Positions 9,860 to 18,900 of a DNA stretch of 64,000 bases are shown here, piece after piece (the stretch's first letter is position 1; the number at the start of each line of letters is the position of its first letter). A program made the position numbers and the translations under genes. The notes beneath the pieces were generated by a model. The model ran no database searches, was not told the origin of the DNA, and saw only the letters and a list, made by a program, of their open reading frames with translations. This stretch comes from Chloroflexota bacterium (GTDB taxonomy: Bacteria > Chloroflexota > Dehalococcoidia > SM23-28-2 > RBG-16-64-32): contig JBBISJ010000001.1 of the NCBI GenBank assembly GCA_037441345.1, positions 67,660 through 131,659 on the forward strand, written 5' to 3'.

Positions 9860-11179
9860 ATGCAGTCGCCCCAACGCTGCATCCGGCAGAGAATTCACAC
9901 TGAATTCGGTCAGACCCTGGTCGTCTTCACGTTCGCCATCGCGGCGCTTGTTGCGATCGGCGCGATGGTGATCGACGCGGGGCTTGCGTACGACGAGCGG
10001 CGCCAGGCGCAGAACGCCGCGGACGCCGCTGCCCTCGCCGCCGCCCAGGAGCTGGCGGAAACCGGCTCCGTGGATGCCGCGCGCAGCGAAGCGCTGAACT
10101 ACCTGTCGCTCAACGGCTACACCGTCGCCGACTCCGACATCACCGTTAATATCCCGCCCCTCAGCGGGCCACACCAGGGCGATTCAGCCTTCGTGGAGGT
10201 GCTGGTGTCGCGCGGGAAAGAGCCGGTCCTCCGCGGCGTCGTGAACGACTCCCTCTGGAGCGTGGGCGCCCGTGCTGTGGGCGGCGCCACATCCGCGGAG
10301 GAGATCCCGCTGGTCTTCGGGTCCCTGCGGGATGACTGTAAGAACCACACCCTGCTGATCGACGCGGGCGGCAACCTGATCGTGAACGGCGCCATCTACA
10401 CTAACTCCTGCAATCTTTCCCACGCCGGCGAGCCCGGCAAGTGCGCCTCGGGCGACGCCTTCGATGTGTTTGGAGGCGGCAGCATCCAGGCCGAAGCCAT
10501 CTACGTCGTGGGTGGCTGGGAAGTAGACGGTGGCAGTTGCAACCCGTCCAGCTGGGTAACGCCCGACCCCTACATCCACCAGCAGCCGATCCCGGACCCC
10601 GCGGCAGATCTTCTGCCGCCCGATATCGCGACGCTGCCCGTCAGGAATGGCAGCGCAGCCGCTCCCTCCAAGCTGACAATATCGAGCGGGACAGCAACAC
10701 TGCAGCCCGGCGTCTACTACGGTGGGATAACGCTTAGGGGAACCGCCAATGTGACGCTGGCGGAAGGCATCTACTACATAGCTGGAGGTGGATTCACTGT
10801 AAAGGAAAGTGCCAGGCTGACGGCGCCACACGTGCTCATCTACAACAGTAAGTCCGCGAACTCGGCCTTTGGCACGATGCCGATCACGACCACAGGGTCC
10901 GTCACGCTGGGCCCGCTCATGTACGGCCCCTACCGGGGGATGACAGTGTTCCAGGACCGGGCCAGCGCGACGGCGATCACCCTGGGGCCGGGAAACGGAA
11001 TCAACGGCCTCTCCGGCACGTTCTACGCGGCAAATGACCTCGCCTGGGTGATCGTGACCGCCAGCGGCACCGCGAACATGAACATCCTCTCCGGGATGAT
11101 CAAGATCAGCGGTGCCGACGCCACGTTCATTCACGATCAATCTGGCTTGTTCGATTCCAAGACCGTGCTCGCCGAGTAG
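9860..11179 (+). CDS. tadG: TadG-like pilus assembly protein (Tad_N domain)
   Basis: N-terminal TEFGQTLVVFTFAIAALVAIGAMVIDAG… Tad N-terminal helix; SD AGGAGG. Confidence 0.7.
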   Translation: MQSPQRCIRQRIHTEFGQTLVVFTFAIAALVAIGAMVIDAGLAYDERRQAQNAADAAALAAAQELAETGSVDAARSEALNYLSLNGYTVADSDITVNIPPLSGPHQGDSAFVEVLVSRGKEPVLRGVVNDSLWSVGARAVGGATSAEEIPLVFGSLRDDCKNHTLLIDAGGNLIVNGAIYTNSCNLSHAGEPGKCASGDAFDVFGGGSIQAEAIYVVGGWEVDGGSCNPSSWVTPDPYIHQQPIPDPAADLLPPDIATLPVRNGSAAAPSKLTISSGTATLQPGVYYGGITLRGTANVTLAEGIYYIAGGGFTVKESARLTAPHVLIYNSKSANSAFGTMPITTTGSVTLGPLMYGPYRGMTVFQDRASATAITLGPGNGINGLSGTFYAANDLAWVIVTASGTANMNILSGMIKISGADATFIHDQSGLFDSKTVLAE

Positions 11180-11290
11180 ACCGTCCCCGGACCGGCCGCG
11201 CAAGGCGGCGCCTGTAACGGCGTTGCAGCGCGGGCGTCTTCCTCACGACGACAACCTGCGAAGCGGCCGGTGTTACTGGAAGGACAGAAG

Positions 11291-11899
11291 ATGGCCCAGA
11301 GCCAAGGACATATGCAACCCGCAAAGATCCCGATCCTGTTGATCATGGGAGGGGCCCTTCTGCTGGCTGCCTGCGCTTCGGGAGAGGCGAAGCCGGCGCC
11401 GACGACCACGCCCGAGGGGGGCCCGCCTCCTCGGCCGGGCGCGCCGCCATCCGCCACCCCGGCGGCCACGCCGACTGCTATTCCGCGCCGCACCCCGAAT
11501 CCCGACGGTAACGACGGCTTGCCGGGACTCATAGCCGTGAAGACCACCGTGCACGTCTCCAACGGCAGGCTGACGATCGCCGATTCCGTCATGGAGGCGG
11601 AGGAGGTGTACTTCGATGTCTGGTTTGACGGCGAGGACGAGGAACACCAGGTGTCCGTGGTCCGCTGGCCCGGCGACCCGGCGGCTCTGCCGGTGGACTG
11701 GGCCACGGACCAGGTCATCACCGGCGGTGACCTCATGTACGCCACCGAGCCGGCGACGAGCGGGGGCTACGAGCTGTTCGAGATCGACCCCATCGCCCCG
11801 GGACGTTACGTAATACTGTGCAATCTGCCGGGCCACTATCGCTCCGGTGAGTTCGCTGGATTCGAAGTCGTCAGCCCCCCACCTGGCGCGCCGCGCTGA
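11291..11899 (+). CDS. lipoprotein with cupredoxin-like C-terminal domain, embedded in tad operon
   Basis: lipobox LLAAC; Pro/Thr-rich linker; C-terminal CNLPGHYRSG matches azurin C-x2-PGH copper-ligand spacing but axial Met position is not Met. Confidence 0.5.
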   Translation: MAQSQGHMQPAKIPILLIMGGALLLAACASGEAKPAPTTTPEGGPPPRPGAPPSATPAATPTAIPRRTPNPDGNDGLPGLIAVKTTVHVSNGRLTIADSVMEAEEVYFDVWFDGEDEEHQVSVVRWPGDPAALPVDWATDQVITGGDLMYATEPATSGGYELFEIDPIAPGRYVILCNLPGHYRSGEFAGFEVVSPPPGAPR

Positions 11900-11999
11900 T
11901 TTGATGAAGGGCCGACAAATTGCGGTAACGATAGGGCATGACCGGCGTCATTTATTTCGACACCTGTGATCCAGAGACCACAAAGACAAGGGGATTCGC

Positions 12000-12824
12000 A
12001 TGATTAAGAACTTGGCTATTCGCGATGCGAGCAACCGCACGCTCCTGCTGCTCGCGCTGGTGCTGGGCCTGGTGACGGCAGCCCTGGTAGGGGTCTATCT
12101 GAAGGGGCTCGACAAGGACGGCGGTGGCAGCTCCGGCGGGCCCACGCTGGGCGTTGTCGTCGCCACCACGGATATCCCGGCCCTGACACGGGTGACCGCG
12201 GACATGGTCACCGTCAAGCAGTTGCCGACGGAGGCCGTGGTGGAAGGCGGTTTCACGAAGGTTGACCAGGTGGTGGGGCAGATCGCCCAGGTCCAGGTGG
12301 TCGCCGGCGAGCAGGTGCTACCCGCCAAGGTTGCGGCCACCGGTGACGCGGCGCAGGTGGCGTTCGGTGAGAACGCTTCGCTGTCGCTGGTGATCCCGGA
12401 AGGAAAGCGCGCCTTCTCCATATATACAACCAAGGTCGGTTCCGTTGGCGGACTGGCGCGCCCGGGTGACTACGTGGACGTCGTCCTCAGCGGGGCCAAA
12501 CCGGAAAACGCCGGCGCCGACATGCTGACGCCGGGTTCGGCGTGCTACGTCCTGCAGGATGTCCTTGTGCTGGCCACGGGCGAATCCCTCAAGGGGTCCG
12601 CGGGCGAAGGCGAGGCCGGCGCGATCGCGGCGGCCTCGAATGCGGGCGACGCATCCACCGCGACGGTAGCTGTGTCACCGGAAGAGGCCTGGTGGCTGGC
12701 CGCGGCGCAGCAGAACGTGAACGGCGAAGGCGTCGGCAACCAGCTCTGGATCGTGCTGCGCCCGTTCGGCGAGCACGGCCAGGACTCCAGCCTCCCACTC
12801 TGCGGCATAGTCCCTGGTTCGTGA
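12000..12824 (+). CDS. cpaB: Flp pilus assembly protein CpaB (SAF domain)
   Basis: N-terminal TM anchor then CpaB/RcpC-like region (…VVVATTDIPALTRVTADMV…). Confidence 0.8.
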   Translation: MIKNLAIRDASNRTLLLLALVLGLVTAALVGVYLKGLDKDGGGSSGGPTLGVVVATTDIPALTRVTADMVTVKQLPTEAVVEGGFTKVDQVVGQIAQVQVVAGEQVLPAKVAATGDAAQVAFGENASLSLVIPEGKRAFSIYTTKVGSVGGLARPGDYVDVVLSGAKPENAGADMLTPGSACYVLQDVLVLATGESLKGSAGEGEAGAIAAASNAGDASTATVAVSPEEAWWLAAAQQNVNGEGVGNQLWIVLRPFGEHGQDSSLPLCGIVPGS

Positions 12825-12831
12825 TTGAGTC

Positions 12832-14076
12832 ATGACACGTAATCCGCGCGTTGCAATTATTGATCAAGACCTGAACAGCAGGTCTGACATAGACAAGCTC
12901 CTTGCCTCCGCCGGCTTTTCGGTGGCGGGCGAGGCGGGTTACGGCATTGAGGCGGTGACGCTCGCCAAGGCTTCGGAGCCCGACGTCGTCGTCATCGCCA
13001 TCGAAGAGCCGATCATCCGCGCCCTGCAGACGGTTGAGGCGTTGAAGGACTTGCTCCCGAACGCTGCGATCATCGGCTATTCCACCATCCGCGATCCGCA
13101 GGGAATGCGGAAGGCGGTGCTGGCCGGGGTCAACGACTACATCCTCGCGCCTGTGAAGGAAGAGGAGATTGTCAACTCCATCTACACGGTGCTGGCCCAG
13201 GAAGAGCGGCGTCGCGCCCGGATCGCCGGGGATACCGAAGACCTGGTGGCCGCCGGCACCGTCATCACCGTGTTCGGCGCCAAGGGCGGCATCGGCAAGA
13301 CGACGATCTCCACCAACCTGGCCACGGCCATCGTGCAGAAGACCAACCAGTCGGCCGTGCTGGTCGACCTGGACACGCGATTCGGAGACGTGGGCATCCT
13401 GATGGATATCCCCGTGGAGCGGAGCATCGCGGACCTGGCGGTGCGCGAAGACGACATCACCCGCGAAATGGTGCAGGAATGCCTTTACCTGCACAACAGC
13501 GGCGTCTACATCTTGCCTGCTCCAATCCGCCCGACCGACTGGCGCAACGTCCATGCCGGGCACATCGAGCGCATCGTCAACGTGCTGACCCAGACCTACG
13601 ACTACGTCATCCTCGACACGCCGGGCACCTTCAACGATATCGTCGCCCGGGCGCTGGAGATGGCGTCCATGGTCGTCCTGGTGGCGACGGTGGATATGGC
13701 CAGCCTGAAGGACACTCTGCTGGCGGTGGACATGTTGCGGTCATGGAACTTCCCCCAGGAGAAGATCAAGCTCGTCATCAACGCGACAAATGAAGCGAGC
13801 AACGTCCAGCCCCAGGAAGTGAAGCGGATGCTGGGCCGGGATGTCTTCTGGTCAATCCCCTACGACCGCAACATCAGCACTGCAACGCAGCTCGGGATGC
13901 CGGTGGTGGTGGCGAAGCCGCAGTCCAAGGCATCGGAAAGCATCGTTGAGATGGCCTACGCCCTCAGCGGCGTGCGCAACCAGCGTCCCGTCAAACCGAA
14001 GGAGCCCCAGAAGAGCGGCATCTTCAGCCGGATCCTGGGGAACGTGCAGGAACAAGCAGAAGCTGGAGTGGAGTAA
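12832..14076 (+). CDS. cpaE: CpaE/TadZ pilus assembly protein (receiver-like domain + ParA/MinD ATPase)
   Basis: N-terminal REC-like fold, deviant Walker A VFGAKGGIGKTT. Confidence 0.8.
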   Translation: MTRNPRVAIIDQDLNSRSDIDKLLASAGFSVAGEAGYGIEAVTLAKASEPDVVVIAIEEPIIRALQTVEALKDLLPNAAIIGYSTIRDPQGMRKAVLAGVNDYILAPVKEEEIVNSIYTVLAQEERRRARIAGDTEDLVAAGTVITVFGAKGGIGKTTISTNLATAIVQKTNQSAVLVDLDTRFGDVGILMDIPVERSIADLAVREDDITREMVQECLYLHNSGVYILPAPIRPTDWRNVHAGHIERIVNVLTQTYDYVILDTPGTFNDIVARALEMASMVVLVATVDMASLKDTLLAVDMLRSWNFPQEKIKLVINATNEASNVQPQEVKRMLGRDVFWSIPYDRNISTATQLGMPVVVAKPQSKASESIVEMAYALSGVRNQRPVKPKEPQKSGIFSRILGNVQEQAEAGVE

Positions 14077-14082
14077 ACAACT

Positions 14083-15441
14083 ATGACGTCCTGGCAGCCT
14101 GGACGATACAACCCGTCACGCCCCGGCGCCCCCGGCGCCGGCACTGCGTCGCGCACGACCCCGGGGCGATACAACGAGGACATGGAGCAGCTGATCTTCC
14201 GCATGCACCAGATCCTCATTGATGAGCTGGATGCGGAGCAGATCGCCTCTATCCCCGCTGAAGAGCGCCGGAAGGTTGTTGAGCAGGCCTCGGAGACGGT
14301 CCTGCGCCGGGAACTTCCCAACGTCGGCGGGATCACCCGCGACCAGATCGTTTCGCGGGTGGTGGATGAAGTCGTCGGCCTCGGGCCGATCGATGCACTC
14401 CTCCGCGACGCGTCGATCTCGGAAGTCATGGTGAACGCCCCGGATGAGGTGTTCTTTGAGCGTGAGGGCATCATCTACCTGAGCGACGTCCGCTTTCGCG
14501 ACACCGCCCACATCATGCGGGTTATCGAGCGCATCATCGCGCCGATCGGCCGTCGCGTAGACGAATCGTCGCCGATGGTGGACGCGAGACTTCCAGACGG
14601 ATCGCGCGTTAATGTGATCATCCCGCCGATCTCCCCGAAGAGCCCGACGATCACCATCCGAAAGTTCCGCGCAGACAAGCTCAAGATGGAGGACCTGGTC
14701 GCCGTCGGGTCTGTGATCCCGGAGATGGCGGAGTTTTTGAAAGCTTGCGTCAAGGTCAAGCTGAACATCCTGATCTCCGGCGGTACGGGTACCGGTAAGA
14801 CCACTTTCCTCAACGCCCTCTCGGCGTTCATTCCCGAGAGCGAGCGCATTGTGACGATCGAGGACCCGATTGAAATCAAGCTCCAGCAGCCGCATGTGGT
14901 GGCGCTGGAAGCGCGCCCCCCCAACATCGATGGCAAGGGCGAGATCGCCCAGCGCGACCTGCTGCGCAACTCCCTGCGCATGCGGCCGGACCGGATCATC
15001 ATCGGCGAGGTCCGCGGCTCCGAGGCGTTTGACATGCTCAACGCTATGAACACCGGCCACGAGGGCTCGCTTTCCACGGTTCACGCCAACTCTCCCCGTG
15101 ACGCGCTTTCTCGTGTCGAGAACATGGTTCTCATGGCCAACCTGGAGTTGCCTGACCGCGCCATCCGCGAGCAGATGTCATCTGCGCTGGACTTGATCAT
15201 CCAGCTGCAGCGCGGGTCGGACGGTGTCCGCCGGGTCACCGCCATCACGGAATGCACGGGTATGGAAGGGCAGATCGTCACCCTGCAGGACCTGTTCAAG
15301 TTCCAGCAGACGTCAGTGGATTCGGACGGCAAGATCGTGGGCATCATGACGCCCACGGGCATCCGCCCAACGTTCACGCACCGCTTCGAGGCGGCGGGGA
15401 TCGACTTGCCCGATGGGATCTTCCTAAAGAGGGCGGCATAG
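14083..15441 (+). CDS. cpaF: CpaF/TadA type II/IV secretion ATPase
   Basis: Walker A GGTGTGKTT, Asp box, His box; alternative start MEQLIF at ~14182. Confidence 0.9.
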   Translation: MTSWQPGRYNPSRPGAPGAGTASRTTPGRYNEDMEQLIFRMHQILIDELDAEQIASIPAEERRKVVEQASETVLRRELPNVGGITRDQIVSRVVDEVVGLGPIDALLRDASISEVMVNAPDEVFFEREGIIYLSDVRFRDTAHIMRVIERIIAPIGRRVDESSPMVDARLPDGSRVNVIIPPISPKSPTITIRKFRADKLKMEDLVAVGSVIPEMAEFLKACVKVKLNILISGGTGTGKTTFLNALSAFIPESERIVTIEDPIEIKLQQPHVVALEARPPNIDGKGEIAQRDLLRNSLRMRPDRIIIGEVRGSEAFDMLNAMNTGHEGSLSTVHANSPRDALSRVENMVLMANLELPDRAIREQMSSALDLIIQLQRGSDGVRRVTAITECTGMEGQIVTLQDLFKFQQTSVDSDGKIVGIMTPTGIRPTFTHRFEAAGIDLPDGIFLKRAA

Positions 15442-15444
15442 GCC

Positions 15445-16434
15445 ATGGATCCCGTCGTCATCGTCATATCCGTTTTCGTCTTCCTCACCTTCTTCGTCTT
15501 CATGCTGTCGCTGGGGGCGGGCAAGAAGGACCTGAACTCGAAAGCCATGCGCCAGAGGCTGGCCGCGTTTCAGTCGGTGGACGCGCCAGTTGCCGCTGAG
15601 CCCTCCGCCGAGGCGCACCTGAAGCAGCAGCGAGAGTACAGCGGTCTTCCCATCCTGTCGGCGTTCTTCCAGGGCCGCAAGGGTGCGGACGAAGTTGCAC
15701 TGCACCTCGAGCGCGCGGGGATCCCGCTGCGCGTGGGTGAGTACTACATGATCCGCTGGTGCGTGGCCGGCGTTTTCCTCCTGGCCCCGTTCGTATTCGG
15801 ATTCTCGATCTTCAACCTGGGGCTGGGCGTCGGTCTTTCGATCGTCGGCTACTGGCTCCCGGCGCAATGGGTGTCCAACCAGCGGAAGAAGCGCATGAAC
15901 CAGGTAAACGGTCAGCTGGTCGATCTCCTGGGGCTGGTTTCGAACTCACTCAAGTCCGGCTACGGCCTCATGCAGGGGTTCGAGTTCGCCAGCAAGCAGC
16001 TGCCTGACCCGCTGGGCATGGAGGTGCGCCGCATGCTGCGCGAGGCAAACCTCGGACTGAGCGCCGAGCAGTCGCTGGCGGCACTGGGCGCCCGCATCGA
16101 CAGCAAAGACATGGACATGGTGATCACGGCCATTAACATCCAGCGCGCGGTCGGCGGAAACCTGGCAGAGATCCTGGACTCTGTTGCGCACACGATGAGG
16201 GAGCGCGAACGGATCCGGGGAGAGATCAACACGCTGACGGCTCAGCAGAAGATGACGGGTGTAGTCATCGGCATGTTGCCGGTATTCATGTTCCTGATCT
16301 TCATGGTCGTGAACCCCGATTACATGAGCTTGCTGTTCGAGACGACAGCGGGCCGCCTGATCATCGTGTTCTCCGCTGTACTGGAGGTCCTGGGCTACTT
16401 CTCAATCAAGAAGATCATCGCGATCGAGGTCTAG
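15445..16434 (+). CDS. tadB: TadB (type II secretion system F family)
   Basis: polytopic membrane protein with T2SSF domain. Confidence 0.8.
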   Translation: MDPVVIVISVFVFLTFFVFMLSLGAGKKDLNSKAMRQRLAAFQSVDAPVAAEPSAEAHLKQQREYSGLPILSAFFQGRKGADEVALHLERAGIPLRVGEYYMIRWCVAGVFLLAPFVFGFSIFNLGLGVGLSIVGYWLPAQWVSNQRKKRMNQVNGQLVDLLGLVSNSLKSGYGLMQGFEFASKQLPDPLGMEVRRMLREANLGLSAEQSLAALGARIDSKDMDMVITAINIQRAVGGNLAEILDSVAHTMRERERIRGEINTLTAQQKMTGVVIGMLPVFMFLIFMVVNPDYMSLLFETTAGRLIIVFSAVLEVLGYFSIKKIIAIEV

Positions 16435-16443
16435 GAGAGAGCA

Positions 16444-17355
16444 ATGCTGATCACGTTGATTATGCTCGGGTTCTTTGGAACGGTATCCCTCGCAGCGCTG
16501 TCGTTCGCCGGCAGGGCGCGCACCTCGGTCATGGCGTCCCGGATCGCGGAGTTCAGGAACCGCACCGCGTCGGACGAGGACTACGGTCCGGACCTGGACA
16601 TTGCGTTCTCGGAACGCGTTCTGAAGCCGACGCTGGAGAGCCTGGCCCGGCTGGTGAGCCGCATTCTGCCCCAGTCCGTCCTGGCAGACGTACAGCAGCA
16701 GCTGGCCCAGGCCGGGTACCCGATGAGGTTCAATACGTTCCTGTCGTTCTGGGCCGTGTCGATCTTCGGCTGCGGTTCCCTGGCGCTCATGATCTTTGTC
16801 TCCGCGCCCGGGGACGCGCTCATCCAGAAGGTACTTGCGGGGGTCCTCTTCGTGTTCCTTGGCTTCAGCGCTCCGCGCATGTGGCTGAAGGGCAAGGTCA
16901 AGACGAAGCAGAAGGCAGTGATCCTCGCGCTTCCGGACACCCTGGACATGATCACGACCTGCGTTGAGGCCGGACTCGGCCTGGACGCCGCGCTCGCCCG
17001 CGTGGCCGAAAAGGGCGAAGGGCCCCTGGCCGAAGAACTCCAGAGGATGCTGCGCGACGTGGCGATGGGAAAACTCCGGCGTGAGGCGATGACCGAGCTG
17101 AGCGAGCGCGTCTGCGTCGAGGAGTTGACCAGCTTCGTCAACTCGATCATCCAGGCCGAGCAGCTTGGTGTCGGCATCGGCCAGGTCCTCCGGGTGCAGT
17201 CGGAGCAGCTCCGGACGCGTCGGCGTCAGAGGGCTGAGCGCACCGCGCACGAAGCTCCCATCAAGATGCTGTTTCCGCTGGTGCTCTTCGTGTTCCCGGC
17301 GTTCCTCGCTGTGATCCTGGGCCCGGCGGCCATCCGCATCGTGCAGGCGTTTTAG
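16444..17355 (+). CDS. tadC: TadC (type II secretion system F family)
   Basis: second T2SSF-domain membrane protein directly after tadB. Confidence 0.8.
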   Translation: MLITLIMLGFFGTVSLAALSFAGRARTSVMASRIAEFRNRTASDEDYGPDLDIAFSERVLKPTLESLARLVSRILPQSVLADVQQQLAQAGYPMRFNTFLSFWAVSIFGCGSLALMIFVSAPGDALIQKVLAGVLFVFLGFSAPRMWLKGKVKTKQKAVILALPDTLDMITTCVEAGLGLDAALARVAEKGEGPLAEELQRMLRDVAMGKLRREAMTELSERVCVEELTSFVNSIIQAEQLGVGIGQVLRVQSEQLRTRRRQRAERTAHEAPIKMLFPLVLFVFPAFLAVILGPAAIRIVQAF

Positions 17356-17368
17356 GGGGTAATCTGTC

Positions 17369-17779
17369 ATGCCACTTGGAAAGCGAATCAGGGGACTCAG
17401 GGAAGAACTGGGGATGAGCCAGGCCCAGCTATCCGCGCATGGCGGGCTGAGCCAGGGCTATCTCTCCCAGCTGGAGAATGACGAAGTCCAGAACCCAAGT
17501 GCGGCCGTGATCTTCCGCCTGGCCCAGGCGCTACATGTTGACCCGCGGATCCTGATGCGGGCGGCCGGGTACGGCGCCCAGGGCGAGGACGGCGACGACG
17601 AGTACGAGGTCACCGTGGACCCGGAGCTTCTCCGGTTCCTGGCGCGCTTCCCGCGGGAACAGCAGGCGTCGCTGCTGCAGCTGCTGAAGGGGCTGGACCA
17701 GCGGGAGACGAATCCGGCGCCGGCAGGCCCCAGGGCATCGCATGGCGGCCGCAAGCGTGCCCGTGTGGCGACGCGATAA
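17369..17779 (+). CDS. SinR-like XRE-family HTH regulator with C-terminal dimerisation-like domain (paralog 1)
   Basis: HTH region GKRIRGLREELGMSQAQLSAHGGLSQGYLSQLENDEVQNPSAAVIFRLAQAL closely resembles B. subtilis SinR HTH; C-terminal DPELLRFLARFPREQQASLLQLLKGL; 13 nt after tadC. Confidence 0.7.
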   Translation: MPLGKRIRGLREELGMSQAQLSAHGGLSQGYLSQLENDEVQNPSAAVIFRLAQALHVDPRILMRAAGYGAQGEDGDDEYEVTVDPELLRFLARFPREQQASLLQLLKGLDQRETNPAPAGPRASHGGRKRARVATR

Positions 17780-17861
17780 ACAGGAATATTGGCGGCGGTA
17801 AGTTGACAACTTCTGTGAGAGCGTTCAACAATCACACCGCCTGGATTGAGATGGGTAGACC

Positions 17862-18281
17862 ATGAATCTGGGTGACAGGATCCGGCAGTTAAGGGAGGAG
17901 TGCAGCCTGACGCAGGGGCAACTCGCGCAAGACTCAGCTGTGAGCCAGGGTTACCTTTCGCAGCTTGAGAACGGCGAAGTGAAGAACCCGTCCGCCGCCG
18001 TGTTGCTGCGCGTGGCGAAGGCGATGCGTGTCAATGCCGACGAGCTGTTCGAGGCTGCGGGTTATCCCACGGTGCGCACTCTCCGGCGCGTCTACCAGGA
18101 TTACGCGGCGACGGTCAACCCCGAACTACTGCACTACCTCGCCGGCCTGCCGCGCGACCGCCAGCGGCGGTTGCTGTCACTCCTTCAAGGTATCGCCGAC
18201 CTCCTGGCCGCAGACGAAACCATGAGCCGCTCACCGGCGGCGCTCGCCGCCGAACTGGGCTTCGCGCGACTCCCAGGCTGA
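17862..18281 (+). CDS. SinR/SlrR-like XRE-family HTH regulator (paralog 2)
   Basis: same architecture as 17369 gene (SQGYLSQLENGEVKNPSAAV… / NPELLHYLAGLPRDRQRRLLSLLQGI). Confidence 0.7.
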   Translation: MNLGDRIRQLREECSLTQGQLAQDSAVSQGYLSQLENGEVKNPSAAVLLRVAKAMRVNADELFEAAGYPTVRTLRRVYQDYAATVNPELLHYLAGLPRDRQRRLLSLLQGIADLLAADETMSRSPAALAAELGFARLPG

Positions 18282-18284
18282 CAG

Positions 18285-18464
18285 ATGGCTGATTTCGGAG
18301 AAGGCCGGCGGGCGCTCGCGGAGAAGATCGATCCCGAACTCCTCGCAATGCTGGGCCGCATGTCGCGTCGCCAGCAGCGGCAGGTACTGCTCCTCCTGAT
18401 GGTTGTCGAGAACCTGCTCTTCGAAATGATGCGCGAGCGGCGCGCGCGCGAAGACCTTGAATAG
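18285..18464 (+). CDS. small (59 aa) SinI-like protein homologous only to the C-terminal domain of the two upstream regulators
   Basis: ATG 18285, not in ORF track (<60 aa); IDPELLAMLGRMSRRQQRQVLLLLMVV aligns with the C-terminal motifs of both paralogs; no HTH. Confidence 0.45.
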   Translation: MADFGEGRRALAEKIDPELLAMLGRMSRRQQRQVLLLLMVVENLLFEMMRERRAREDLE

Positions 18465-18473
18465 CCGCCCCTG

Positions 18474-18900
18474 CTAGGGGGTTGGCGTTGGTTCTGGTGT
18501 AGGCGTATCCGGCGCCGGCGTGTCGGGTGGCGGCGTTTCCGTTGGTGTTTCAGTAGGGGCCGGTGTTGCCGTGTCCGTGGGCGCAGGGCTCTCCGTACCA
18601 GCAGGTTCGGGCGTAGGCGTGTCCTGGGGCGATGGCGCCGGCGTTTCTCCGGCGGGCGTGGCGCTGGGCCTTGCACACGGTGGCAGGGTGGCCTCCGGCG
18701 CCGCGGAAGCCGTGGGCGTGGCCAGGCTCCCCGTCGGTGTGGGTTCTGGCGGCGGCGTCGCCGTGTCCGTGGGTGTCTCAGACACGGCCGGCGTTGCCGT
18801 TTCCGTCGGCTCAGCAGACGGCGACCCCGACGGCGTCGGCGTGTTGGACGGCGAACCCCGCGGCGCAACCATGCAGGGGCCATCGCCGGGTCCGACGACG
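18474..18900 (-). repeat. low-complexity Pro/Thr/Glu-coding repeat (3' end of M23/vWA gene)
   Basis: repetitive ccggcg/ggtgtc units encoding TPTPEPTP…. Confidence 0.6.

Noticed and set aside
18474-18900. DNA-level tandem repeat at 3' end of M23/vWA gene considered as non-coding satellite
   Set aside because: In frame with, and continuous with, the upstream coding region; it encodes a Pro/Thr-rich linker.
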